A stretch of 64,000 bases of DNA from Lama glama (Eukaryota): positions 22,942,001-23,006,000 of the forward strand of contig CM052817.1 in the NCBI GenBank assembly GCA_028534125.1, in the 5' to 3' direction. A program made the position numbers and the translations under genes. Shown one piece after another: positions 27,695-39,150 of this stretch. The notes under the pieces are model-generated. The model worked only from the letters and a program-made list of their open reading frames with translations, was not told the origin of the DNA and searched no databases. Within the stretch, counting starts at the first letter, position 1, and every line of letters begins with the position of its first letter.

Positions 27695-28392
27695 TCTAAT
27701 TAGATACTGATTATGTCCAACTCTCAGATATAAAGACTAACTTCTATGTCGATAGCATGCACTGATTTTTGTGGTCCAAAAACAGTATTCTACTCACATC
27801 ACATAGTCCTCTGTCAAGCTTAAACAATGGTATACTCAAAAATCTAAGTTTCCTGGAATGACTTGCTATGAGAGCTTTGTTTTAGAGCTAGGATTTGTTG
27901 TTTGCTTGCTCCTCTTTTTTTTTCTTTATTTATTTATCTATCTTTTTGATTGGCATTTGCTACTTTACATTCTGGAGAACACCACTGCCTTAAGATATAA
28001 TGTGTTCCTACCAAGACCAATTACAATGTAACAATCTGGCACTTTTTTTTTCTTTAATTTGCTGTCTTTTAAATTACAAATTAGAATTACTTTGTAAATT
28101 GGGAATACATTTTGATTGAAATGAAAATAACATTGACCATGTTACTTAGTGACTTGTTTTTTATAGACCCCAAATCTTTAAACTCAGGTTGGTGACCATG
28201 GGATACAGAGTAGCACTAAGTATTAGAATATCTTGCTTTCTCTCTGTGCAGCAGTACTCCTCTGTTTCCTGAAAAAGCTACTAAGTATTTTTTCCTGTCT
28301 TAATTTAGGTAGTTATTATTTTGTTTGGTATACATTTCTTAACATTCTAACCAAAGGAGTTTTTTTCTCTTTTCTTTTATTCAGTATGTGTT

Positions 28393-28993
28393 TGTATTCG
28401 TCTACTATTGCTTCTGTAAGAAAATAACCACAAATTTAGCATTTTAAAATAACTATCTATAATTTCATAATTCTGAAGATTAGAAGTTTGGTGGGCTTGA
28501 CGTCTCTGCTCTCAAGGCTGAAATCAAAGAGGTGATGGTCCTGGACTGACAGTTGAAGGCTCCAGTGGAGAATTCATTGCCAGTCTTACTTTATTGTTGG
28601 CAGAATTCAGTTTCGTGAACTTTTAGGACTGAGATCCTCATTTCCTTGCTGACTTGTCAGCTGGGAGCCTCTCAGCTTCTTCAGACCACCTGCATTTCTT
28701 TTCAGTTGGCCTCTTCCATCTTTAAACAAGCCACAGGGCATTGAGTCAGTCCCACATTTTGATAGTTATTTCTTCTCCCTCTGCCTCATCTATTCTACCT
28801 CCAGCTGGAGAATATTATCTGTTTTAAGGTCTCCTGTGATTAGACTGGGCCCACCTAGATAGTTCAGGTTACTCTCTCTACTTGAGGTCTGTATCATTAA
28901 TGATGACTGGAAAGTTAGTTTTGCCAAGTAAGAAAACACACTTACAGTTTCCAGGGATTAAGTTGTGAATGCCTTTGTGTACTGATTACCATA
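28393..28993 (-). mobile_element. MaLR solo LTR, MLT1D/E-like
   Basis: 'aaccacaaatttagc', 'caaggctgaaatcaa', 'ttgttggcagaattcagttt', 'gtgattagactgggcccacctagata', 'acagtttccagggattaag'. Confidence 0.85.
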
Positions 28994-29379
28994 GTACTTT
29001 ATAGAAAGTTGAAAAGGCAGTGATCAAATTAACGGGCCAACCATTCTCAGGTTTACATGCAATATTAGATGTTTATATCCAAACAATTTTAATTATCATA
29101 TAATAGTACTAAAGTTGAGCCACCATTATAAAAGATTATGTTACAAGATTGCAATGTTTTCAAATGTATACCTTTCTTTAAAAAAAAATAGAATCAACTA
29201 GACTAGAAGTTGTTTCAAACAATACAAACTAGTAATTCAAATTTATACGTAGGAGTGAGCAAACAACAAACTTTTTTTTTTTAAATAAATCTGTCAATTC
29301 TGTCAATCTCATGGATATAAGGACAATTTGCTTTTGAACTGCTTTTTAAAGTTAGCAGGAAAATAAGAAAAAAACAAAA

Positions 29380-30230
29380 CTTTTACAATGATAAATTGAA
29401 GTCTGAACTTAAATACTTAATTTTTTAAAAGCTGATGTCAGTATTTTAATAGTAATAAATATCACCATTAGATAAAAATGAGATGAAAACTGTCTGACCT
29501 ACTTGAAAAGCACTAAGCACATCCCTAGATAACCCTTCAAAATTTTTTTAAAAGATAGATTAAGTAGAAATATTAGAAAATATTATAGTACAAATGACAG
29601 ATAAGTGATGGATGATTATACTATAAAAATGGCATTTACAAATCATGAAGAAATACTTAAATTTATCTCATGGAAAATACACATACAAACACGAAAAGAC
29701 AGGTCCCAGAGCAGAGTTCAAAATGAACAAAATAACATATAAGAAAATGGCCAGAATTTTGGGTAATCAGAGAAACAGAAATTAAAATAAAACTGGGGTA
29801 TCATTTTATACTTATCAGACTGGCAAGCATGAAACAGACAATATTTCTATCAGAGATCTGAATGAAATGTTTGTGTTTACATATCATGTCAGAGACATGA
29901 ATCATTACATAATTTTTGAAAAGTGATTTTACAGTATCTATTACAATTAGATGTAACAGTATACATCGTATCATAAACCATAAAATCAATCCCATGATAC
30001 CTACATTTACATATATGTGAATACTTGTATTTATTGTAGCCTCTTTATAATAGAAAAAAGTAAGTACAGTGAATAATTGTTGATTAAAGGTCATTTTAAA
30101 AACAATGGGACATATAAAGCGGTAGATGTTATGCAGCCACTAAAAATAATTGATTAGAGGATTATACTAATTGATATGGTGATGCTTCTGTGAAGCTAAA
30201 AACTAAGAATTAGAAGTTACAGAGAAGTAG
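29380..30230 (+). mobile_element. Very old L1 (L1ME-like) 3' fragment
   Basis: 'gtaatcagagaaacagaaattaaaataa...cattttatacttatcagactggcaa', 'gttatgcagccactaaaaataat'. Confidence 0.65.
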
Positions 30231-30889
30231 ATGTAAACATCTGTTTCCTCTCTGCAGCTATTCAGTACTTGAGAGGAGCATAGACAGCCGTTGAAGACGG
30301 CTGTGCCAAGAGCTGACTTCTGTAAGTTCATGACTTGCTTTGCATAGTAGGGTAAGACAAAGACCAGAAATATAACATTAATAGATAGTTCTTATGGGGG
30401 TAGGATAAAAACTGGACCAACGTTTCATATAAACATTTAGAAAACGAGAGCAGGTCGAAATAGCACTATTTTGCTTAACCACTTTTATGACACGAACACA
30501 AACAGTAATAGGAAGGCCTCATGCCCTTCATATAAAATTAATCCAAGCATAGTGAGTTTCTTCTATGCTGTTGGACTTAAAATTTTCGAGTTTTCTAACA
30601 GGTCTAAACTTCAACACAGCAAGAAAAGGTTTAAAAGTATTTTTCAGCTCTGACAAATTTGCAAAGATATGGCAGAGGACACTTGGCAAGTTTTACTAGA
30701 TCTATTTCAGATATGAAATATTTATAAAAGCTAAATAAAGGTTCCCCTTGTTAAAACTTTTTATTAGATTAAGACAATAATTCCTAAAATTAGAAACAGA
30801 ATTCTACTTTTCAGTATTCATAAGAATGACACAGAAATGTTAAACGGACAAATCTAAAAATCCTCCCCACCAAAAAAAGGAAAAATTTT

Positions 30890-31520
30890 TTAAAAACTTT
30901 ATTTTAATCCAGTGAAGCAGTAAATGAAATTTGGAATAAGGTCACTTTTAACTTACCTTTTTTGGCTAGGAGTTTTTTTGTTTGTTCGCTTTTTTTTTAA
31001 CTTATAAATCTCATTGTTCCCAAGGTTGAGGGCAAAAATTGGTACCACCTTTCTGGAGAAAATATTAGCGATATATTTAAATGTTTAATATCATCAATAA
31101 TCAGTTTTAATCCTGGAATTTATCCTAAGGCAGTAATTTTAAAATATGAACCAAGATTTACTTAGAAAGATTTCATGACTTTTAATAATTGATTTATAAT
31201 TCCAAAAACAAAACCCAAAAAAATCAATGTTAACAAAAATATGGAAATCTGATATTATGATTCATCTACAAAAGAAAATATTAAAAGTAATCTCAAAAAC
31301 ACTATGGCTTATCAGATAAAATTTATAAGGTAATGCTAAATTCAGAGAATTGATTTTGTTTTAATTCATGTATGCATGTATACAATAAGACTGGAGAAGA
31401 TGTACATGAGTTATGGTTATGGTCAAGTGAAGGTAATTTCTTTCTCTTATTTTTAATATTTTAAAAATATTTTCCAAAGAGTACATACAACTTTTGAAAT
31501 TAGGAAAATGTTATTTGTGA
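30890..31520 (+). mobile_element. Very old L1 (L1ME-like) 3' fragment
   Basis: 'ttggtaccacctttctggag', 'cctggaatttatcctaagg', 'aagactggagaagatgtaca'. Confidence 0.65.
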
Positions 31521-32959
31521 GAAATGAAGATTCAGATTTGGCATCTCAATTCAAAATCCCAACATTCAAAGGCTATTTTGTGTGATTTTACTTTCAGTGA
31601 TGTCCCCTTACTGATGTTTAAAGTGGCTGTGGCTAGCATTTCCTTACCTCTGATAAGCTTTTCCTTTTAGAGCAGTTGAGGTACAGTGAGTAATTTCTTT
31701 CAGCTTATCACACATTAAAGTGTGAGGTTTCCTTGTGGGATTTAAAAAGCCACAAACTTTATAAACATAAGAATTACTTCCACATTAAAGGACTAAACGC
31801 AGCAGGGTAGTGCTGCAGGCCCAGGGAATGACTTAGTCATTGAATTGAAATGGAATACTCCCCCCAGGTGATTCAGAAAATGTCATAATCTTTTCAATAT
31901 GATGAACTGAACAGGCTTAGGGAGATCAAGGTAAAAGCCAGCTCGGAGGCTAAAAGGTGCAATCATCACAATTTGAACTTTTAATCTGAAAGACCTTCAA
32001 TTTCCACTCCCATTGGTGTCCACGGGACAGCTTAACTATAGGATTCACCTAATTCCAGCTCAGCTATTTGAAGGTAGTTTAAAAGCATCTATAAAGCATG
32101 TGGTATCATTCAAGAAGCTGAGATTTGGGCACTTGAAGTCTCCCAATGCTAGCATCACAGATCGTAACTTTTAAGCATCTTCCTGCTTCAAATATAAGAA
32201 TAGGCCCCCTTAAGATTGTTGCCAATAAAGACATAAACGTCAAAGTATGTTACAGGGCTGCTATAATTGATGGTTTGTGGATAAGGCCATGAAGGCTGAT
32301 GTATGAAATGTGTGGTCTTTTGGATGACAGTGGGCAACTGCTGTAACTGTGACCTAGAATCCTTTAATTGGAACCATAAACTTAGCAAGTCAAATGAAAC
32401 AGTGAAAAATAGCAGCCTGAAAGGGGACACAGATTAAGGATCAATGTGGAAGTCTTAGAAAAACACAATGGGCTGCAGTGACTGACAGGGATATCCCACT
32501 TCAAAGAGCGGGTGAAAGAGCTCCCTCTGAGACATAGAGCCTGCATGCAGACATTAAGGGCTTTCCCCGAACCGTCAGGAAAATGGACTGCCAGGTGCAT
32601 TGTTAAACTCGAGGAAACTAGCAGAGTGCATCTGTCCGGCTAAGATAAAGTTCTGTGCTTCAAAACTAGGAGACAGTGCCAATGATAAGATGGAATATGG
32701 GAAAATGCCCTTTGGACAAAAGGGAAAATTGATTCTAGGATTATAGGAAATACATGTCCTAAATAAAAATGCCAAAGTCCACTGCGTATCACTCCGTAGG
32801 TCCCCATGCAAATTAATCTGAATTTTCAGATATTTTTATGGAATACAGAGAAGCGGGACATGTACTCTATTCATGGGATTGTATTTAAGAATACATACAC
32901 CATTATCTCTAGTAATGAATCCACACAAATAAAACCTGATATTAAAATTTTGCTACTTT

Positions 32960-33180
32960 CAGTATACTTTTTAATTACTGCTTTAAAAGTATTTATTTAA
33001 TCCTCAATGCAAACCTATGAGAGAGTATCATTGATTTTTATATTTTACAAATGAGCAACACGAGCAAAAAGATATATAAAGTAACTGATTCGATGTTATG
33101 CAGATAGTAAGTGGGAGAGGCAGGAGTTAAGCTCAGGCAGCATGATTTCACCGGCCACATGCCTAATCAAGACACCAGCG
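32960..33180 (-). mobile_element. MIR
   Basis: 'tttaatcctcaatgcaaacctatgag...attttacaaatgagcaacac...gatagtaagtgggagaggcagga'. Confidence 0.75.
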
Positions 33181-33385
33181 TCCCTACCCTAAGGAGGCAT
33201 AATAAAGCCCGTCCTCACTCTGCCAGAACTAGTATCCATCATTAGCATATCTCAGCTGTGAGAAAATAAACTGGATTACTAATAACCTACTGGACTCCAG
33301 ATTTTATACTGTATGGTACTTGTAGATGTTGATGTCTTTGATAACAAACAACTGTTGTATTACTTATTACAGGGTACCATGTGTA

Positions 33386-33386
<1 letters not shown>

Positions 33387-33417
<31 letters not shown>
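33387..33417. repeat. (CA)n microsatellite
   Basis: Pure AC run. Confidence 0.95.
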
Positions 33418-33418
<1 letters not shown>

Positions 33419-33454
33419 TGTCCTTACTTATTCTTTCCCCATGTTGTGCCAGCT

Positions 33455-33635
33455 CAGTGGTTCTCAGGCTGACTGTAAAAGAAATACGTGGGGGCCTTTG
33501 TTATAAACACATATTGATCAGTATTATTCCAAGAAAATTCGATTCAGTAGGCATGGAGGTGGATCCAAGAATTCGCATTTCCAACAAATTCCCAGATAAT
33601 GGCAATGCTGCTGGTCCAGGGACCACACTGACCAG
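33455..33635 (+). mobile_element. MER5A hAT-Charlie MITE
   Basis: 'cagtggttctca...gattcagtagg...gcatttccaacaaattcccagataatg..atgctgctggtccagggaccacact'. Confidence 0.85.
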
Positions 33636-35082
33636 CGTTCCAGCAGAAACCTCACCAAGGTTTATGTTTCTCCAAGGACGTCCATGGCTTTATTTAGTTC
33701 TGATTTTTATGGCTGTTAACTCTCAATACCTGAAATTGCCCCTTTTACATTTCTGAAAAAGTCACTGAAACCAGGCCCAAGGTGCACTTATCAGGAAACG
33801 GTACTCCTGTTTGTTTATTTTTGGCTTAAACCCCAAACAGTGCACAGAACAACTGGTATCCAGCACGACCTCATATAACTGTTAAGTTCACGATGTCTCT
33901 AATTTCATGAGGTTATCAAAGTTCTTGTTCCGTTGCTATGAATGGTTCACTGATTAACTCTTACCTTCTGGATATCTGCTCTATCCCTTTTATTTATATT
34001 CTATTCTTGGAATATTTTCAATGTGTTTTTCCTTTTCATTTATTTATTTTTGCCATTTTTGTCTTTACTTATATTTACTCATCATAAGTGACTGGAGTCA
34101 AATAAACTTCAAAGCAGCAGCCAATGTGGAAAAAACAGGCAGAGAGAAAGATGAAAGATAATATGATCCATGGCCTATCTGAATATGAAACATAAAAAAT
34201 ATACAACAGTCATAAGCCTATATTCAAAGAGACATTATGTATTTGTTGACTTTTAAATTTAATTAAATTTTTGGCAAAAAAAAAAAAAGCCAGAAAACAG
34301 GCTTAATGCAGTTAGAAAGAGCAAAGGAACTCAACTAGTTTCTACAAAGCTTCTGCAACCAGATTCTGGAGAAGCACATACTTGTAACCCAGCAGTCATA
34401 ATAACGGAATTATCTAACACAACATACTTGAAAATTCAATAGTAAGAGAGAAACAGGAACTGCAGGAGTTAGAGTTTAACAGAAAAAGTACATTTTACAA
34501 ACTAAATTTATCATAAAGAGAGCAGAGCTGAGTCAGATAAAGGAAGATGTCCTGTACTTGATAAACCCTGAACTACTTCTCAGCCGCAGTCTGCCAAGGC
34601 CACAGCATTATTATGGCCCAAAAGGCACAAATAAATCCAACTGAAAAAGCAAATAGCAAAACTGGAAACAAGGGAAATTATTATAAAGACAGACAAAATA
34701 ATATCTTTTAAATCTAAATTATACTTGAACATTGTAGGAAAAAATAGTGTACTGATAGAAAAAAATAAAAGGTTTGGGTACAGAAATAGTAACCAAAGAA
34801 AAAGCAGAAATGTTCCAAACACCTGGTAATTATATCTGTGATATTTCACACGTCTCAAATAGTGTAAGAGTAAAATACAGAGGATAACAGCAACATCTGG
34901 CATTTTCACCTTCCCAGGATTTACAAGTAGTTCTAGATTAATATTTGAAACATGCTGTTATCCATTAGGTCCTAGGAAAAAATGTCTTAAGAAATATTTT
35001 TTTTCTAACGTACTCCATTCAATGGTCATGTGTTAAAAAAAAGAAAAGAAAATATGTGTTTTCCTAAATCATTTGAGACACA

Positions 35083-35682
35083 CAGTCAACTCCCTTTATT
35101 CACAGATTTGGTGTTAGAGAATTTGTATATTCACTAAAACTTGTTTGTAACCCCAAAATCAACGCTCACAGTCAACTGTGCACATAACACTGAGCTGTAA
35201 AATATATGAGTCCCCCACAGTGCATTTTCCCAGCTGAGGTGGAGTAAAGTGATGCTCTGCCTTCTTGTTTCAATTCTCATATTGTATACAAGTTTTCTTT
35301 TTGCAGTCTGTTCAGTCCCACTTTATACATTTTTGTGCTTTTATGAGGGTCTTGTTTCTTAAAAATAAATAGTGCTGAAATGCCGTAGTGTTCCTAAGCA
35401 CAAGAAGGCTGTGATGTGCTTTATGGGAGAAATACGTTACACTAGTGTTTAGGTGTGGGTTACTGTGTTGCAGGCTGGAAGCTCGATGTTAATGAATCAA
35501 CAAGATATACTAAATAAGGTATTTTTAAACAGAAGCAGACTTTAAAATATATGATTTGAGCAGCTGACTAAGTGTTGTGAACCGAGGCTCTGCAGGAACC
35601 TACTACTGAACGTCTATGTTTGTTGATTGCGTGTCCATACAACTTGATAGAACATAATCACCATGAATAATAAGAACTGACT
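35083..35682 (+). mobile_element. MER82 TcMar-Tigger element
   Basis: TIR-like ends 'cagtcaactccctttattcac' and 'tgaataataagaactgact'; interior 'tttgtaaccccaaaatcaa', 'cccagctgagg', 'ctctgccttcttgtttca', 'gttcctaagcacaagaaggctgtgatgtgc'. Confidence 0.85.
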
Positions 35683-38064
35683 ATATCTCTAATTTTGTCA
35701 TTTGTCTCTCAAAAGTCCCATTGTTTACAAAGTTCCTTATCTCACTTTGATAGCTGGATTCTATTTTCTACTCATGAAAGTCACATCAAGAGCAAACATA
35801 AATTATCAGGGGCAAAACAATGGAACTCTAAGTACAATTGTTGACCAACTGCATGGCATACAGTCTGACTCATCAAAAATTTCTGGTGGAGGCTCAATCC
35901 CAAGAATTGTGATGTAGGCTTAGGGACAGAATGACCGCTGTACTCAGGAGGTCATTAGGACCTAGCCTGGTATTCTAACTAAATGCCCTGCACAACACCA
36001 TATAAAACAAAGGACAGAATTCAGCCTGAATCTTGACAAGCAACACTGTAAGGTCACTACAAGGAATATAAGGACTTCATAATTTCTTTTCTTTTTGTTA
36101 AGGGAATTAAACCCAAAGAAATGTACATTCAGCACCATCAGTCCTTTTGAAATCATATTTGATACGACTAGAATTATTGTGCTGCCCAACAGGGATTATC
36201 ATTTTAGTGATAAAGTTATTGTCAACATCATAGTTTTGCAAAGTGGAGCCATCAGTGGTTCTAATGACCCCTATGGAAGTTAGAGTCAGAACTCTTTATT
36301 TAAAAACCTCATGGTAAACTTGGGCCTGTGCGCATTTGAATTATTGATATGAACATCAGATCCTTCAGGGTCTTCTGGGAATTCTATAATTTGACAGGAG
36401 CCCAAAACTCCTGGGACACTTTTGTACTGAATTTGTAAAGATGTATTTCCCAAATGCATTTCAATTTTTGCATTTACTTTCCAGTCTTCTCTAGGGCTTT
36501 AGAAAAGGCATTAGGTAAAGGTTTTAAAATGGCTCCTTAGCATATCTCCTTTCTTCAAACAAATAAATGCATGCATTTTGAAAGGATACTGGAAGAGCCC
36601 TTTATAATTCTTTACTATTCAACAGGAAAAAGATTAAAAAAAAAAACAAACTACAAGATATTTTGCATCTCTGGATGTGTTTTTAAAATAAGATGGTTTT
36701 TGTGAAGAATTCCACACTTTAGGGGAGTATTAGCATCCAAAGAGCACGTGTTTTATCATTAGCCATTAATCAGACCAAAACACTTGCAGAAGGAAGGATT
36801 AAACTGCTGATTTGAAGACTGAAATCAAAATCACCATATGGACTATTTTTAAATGACATGAAGGCCAGAGCCAAGTGACGAAATTCAGAGGAATATTCAC
36901 AGGGCCACTTCTTTCAGGCAGTTACTACTTGCTTATGTAAGGCTTTGACATAAATAAAATCTTTGAAATTCCATTTCCATCAATTGCACTCCGTCCCCAA
37001 ACAACTTTAGAAGAACGACAACTTGGCCACATTTCCTCCATACTCCCTTCCTTTGAAGGGATTCTCTTTCTTTCCTCACTGTCCATCTCCAAACTCCATA
37101 TTCCTCTTCAACACTTCTGTAAACCCCAATAAGCCTTTTTAACTTTAACAATTTTTCTTTCTTTTCATTTCTTTTCTTTTCACCAAATCTCTTCCTCTAT
37201 ACCTCTGGTCTCCCAGTTACATAGTTTTTGTATATATGCATAACTAAGCATAAATCTTCATTCATGTATGTGTATTTATTTTCCTTTGTAGAGAATTTAG
37301 AGCTCAACTGCCAAGGCTAAGAAAAGAAACTTAAGAATTTACTCTAAAAAATAATTATAAATGCATTAAAAAAATCAGCTAGGTAGCTGAGGCTATGTAA
37401 TCAGCTAAAAGTTTGAAGTATGAGACAAATAAATGATGGTAACTCTAAACATTAATGCTATGCAATACTTAGTGAATAAAGAGGGAGAGCAGGAGGGAGA
37501 CAGAGATTAGGGCCCAAAGAATTGTTGGGGGAAAGAACCATAAAAGGAAGAAGTGTTCTAGTATGCAGCTCTTCAGAGGGACTATCTAAGTTCCACAAAA
37601 GGGAAAATGTCCTGGTTGAACCAGGATATCAGGTTGTATAGGTCACTACACATAATATAATGTATTAAAACCTTTCCCAGGGAGGAGTTGCTGAGTGCTG
37701 CTTCAGTTAGGGAGGTGGAAGACTGAGAAGGCGAGGGTCACTGATGAGGAAATCCAGAGAAAACCCAACAAAGGGTTTTGAAAGCATGACTGGGTTCAGG
37801 CGCTCAGTGAGCAGTGGGGGAAGGAAGGAGTCAGGGTCAGGTCTTAAGAAGTACTGCAGGTTACAAGACAAAGTCATGAGACAAAACAAACCAAAAGGAA
37901 ACAGTGGGGGTAGGGTGGAAAGTACTACTACGGTATTCATCAGATTTTAATTTATATGTATAAAAACATAAAAAGGAAACATATTTATATAGTGGATTAT
38001 AAAAGTTCTACTATTAATAGCATTGATGGTACTTTTCTGTAATAGAAGAAATTAAACTCCAAAT

Positions 38065-38330
38065 AATAATTGAGATCCTATTGTATGTCAAATGCTGTGC
38101 CAAACCATGAGATATAATGGTGACCTCAAACAAAAATACATTGTCACCAAATACTCTTACAGTCTCAGAAGGAGACATACTCAGACACACACATCACACA
38201 TATATCACATATACTCAAACAGGAAACTTACAACTGTGACAACTGCTGAGAAAAATACAAGAGGAAGATAATATGAGAGCTTATAATAATAAGTTGCCTC
38301 AAATAGTCAACTAAGAGTCACTACAGCAAA
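38065..38330 (-). mobile_element. LINE-2 3' fragment
   Basis: 'attgagatcctattgtatgtcaaatgctgtgc...gatataatggtga...cttacagtctcag'. Confidence 0.6.
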
Positions 38331-39009
38331 AATGGAAAGATTTTGTTAGGCAAAGTGGAAAAGCACCTACATTTGAAATTGAGGGAAAAGTGGATAAGGA
38401 AAATGCAAGGATCATTTGTAGGTATTCTATAGAATGTGTAGTTTTTATTTTATTCATAATTTAATCTGGTTGTGCCATTCACAGCAAACTGAAAAATGCT
38501 GATATTAGGCTTTAAAGTCACTTCCCTTAAGCTACTGATATGTTGCTCTTCAGTGCATCTCCCTGACCAAATGTTGGTGCCCTGAAGACCACATGGGACA
38601 GTTCATGGAATTAGGACATTTTTGTACTGCCACAATTGAAATATGTTTTTTTGTAGTGCTCATTTAAAGTAAGAGCTATTCTAAAAGTTGATGCATATAT
38701 TTTATATGACTGTAGCACAGATAATTCGCTTTTAGTAGGTGAAGCAAATCCTGCTCCAATCAAAAGTCAAATGTGATCCTTCTAAAAGCATTTTCAGTGA
38801 TCATCTTCCCCTCAAGGTGGTCAATTGTCAGTTACAGATTAATTCAATTTTAGATTTCTCAGTGAGTACTCAAAGGTGCACTCAAAAGTGCACTTTGCCA
38901 AAGCACACTCAAAACACAATTACTGTGCACAGATTGCTTATAGCTCAACATGATTGGCATTCTTAACAAAGAAGGGTAGGGTAAAGGAACAGTATGCAGT
39001 CATGTTCAA

Positions 39010-39150
39010 TTACGTCATATTTAAATCATCACAAAACTGCTATGGCATGAATTACTTAATCATCATTTTACAGATTTGGAATCTTAATCTGGGGAAATTT
39101 AAATATTTTAATAGATATCTAACTAAACAACACTTCAATAGCTAAAAATG
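39010..39150 (-). mobile_element. MIR (diverged)
   Basis: 'catatttaaatcatcacaaaactgctatg...catcattttacagat'. Confidence 0.55.

Noticed and set aside
33313..33756. Longest ORF (147 aa)
   Set aside because: Runs through a (CA)n microsatellite and a MER5A; a chance ORF.
37610..37626. Palindrome tcctggtt-g-aaccagga
   Set aside because: Short; possibly a remnant of a hAT-Blackjack MITE end, with too little support to call.
38868..38916. Short iterated motif actcaaa(g/a)gtgc
   Set aside because: Two to three degenerate 12-bp units consistent with slippage; no CRISPR-like repeat-spacer structure, and the DNA is mammalian.
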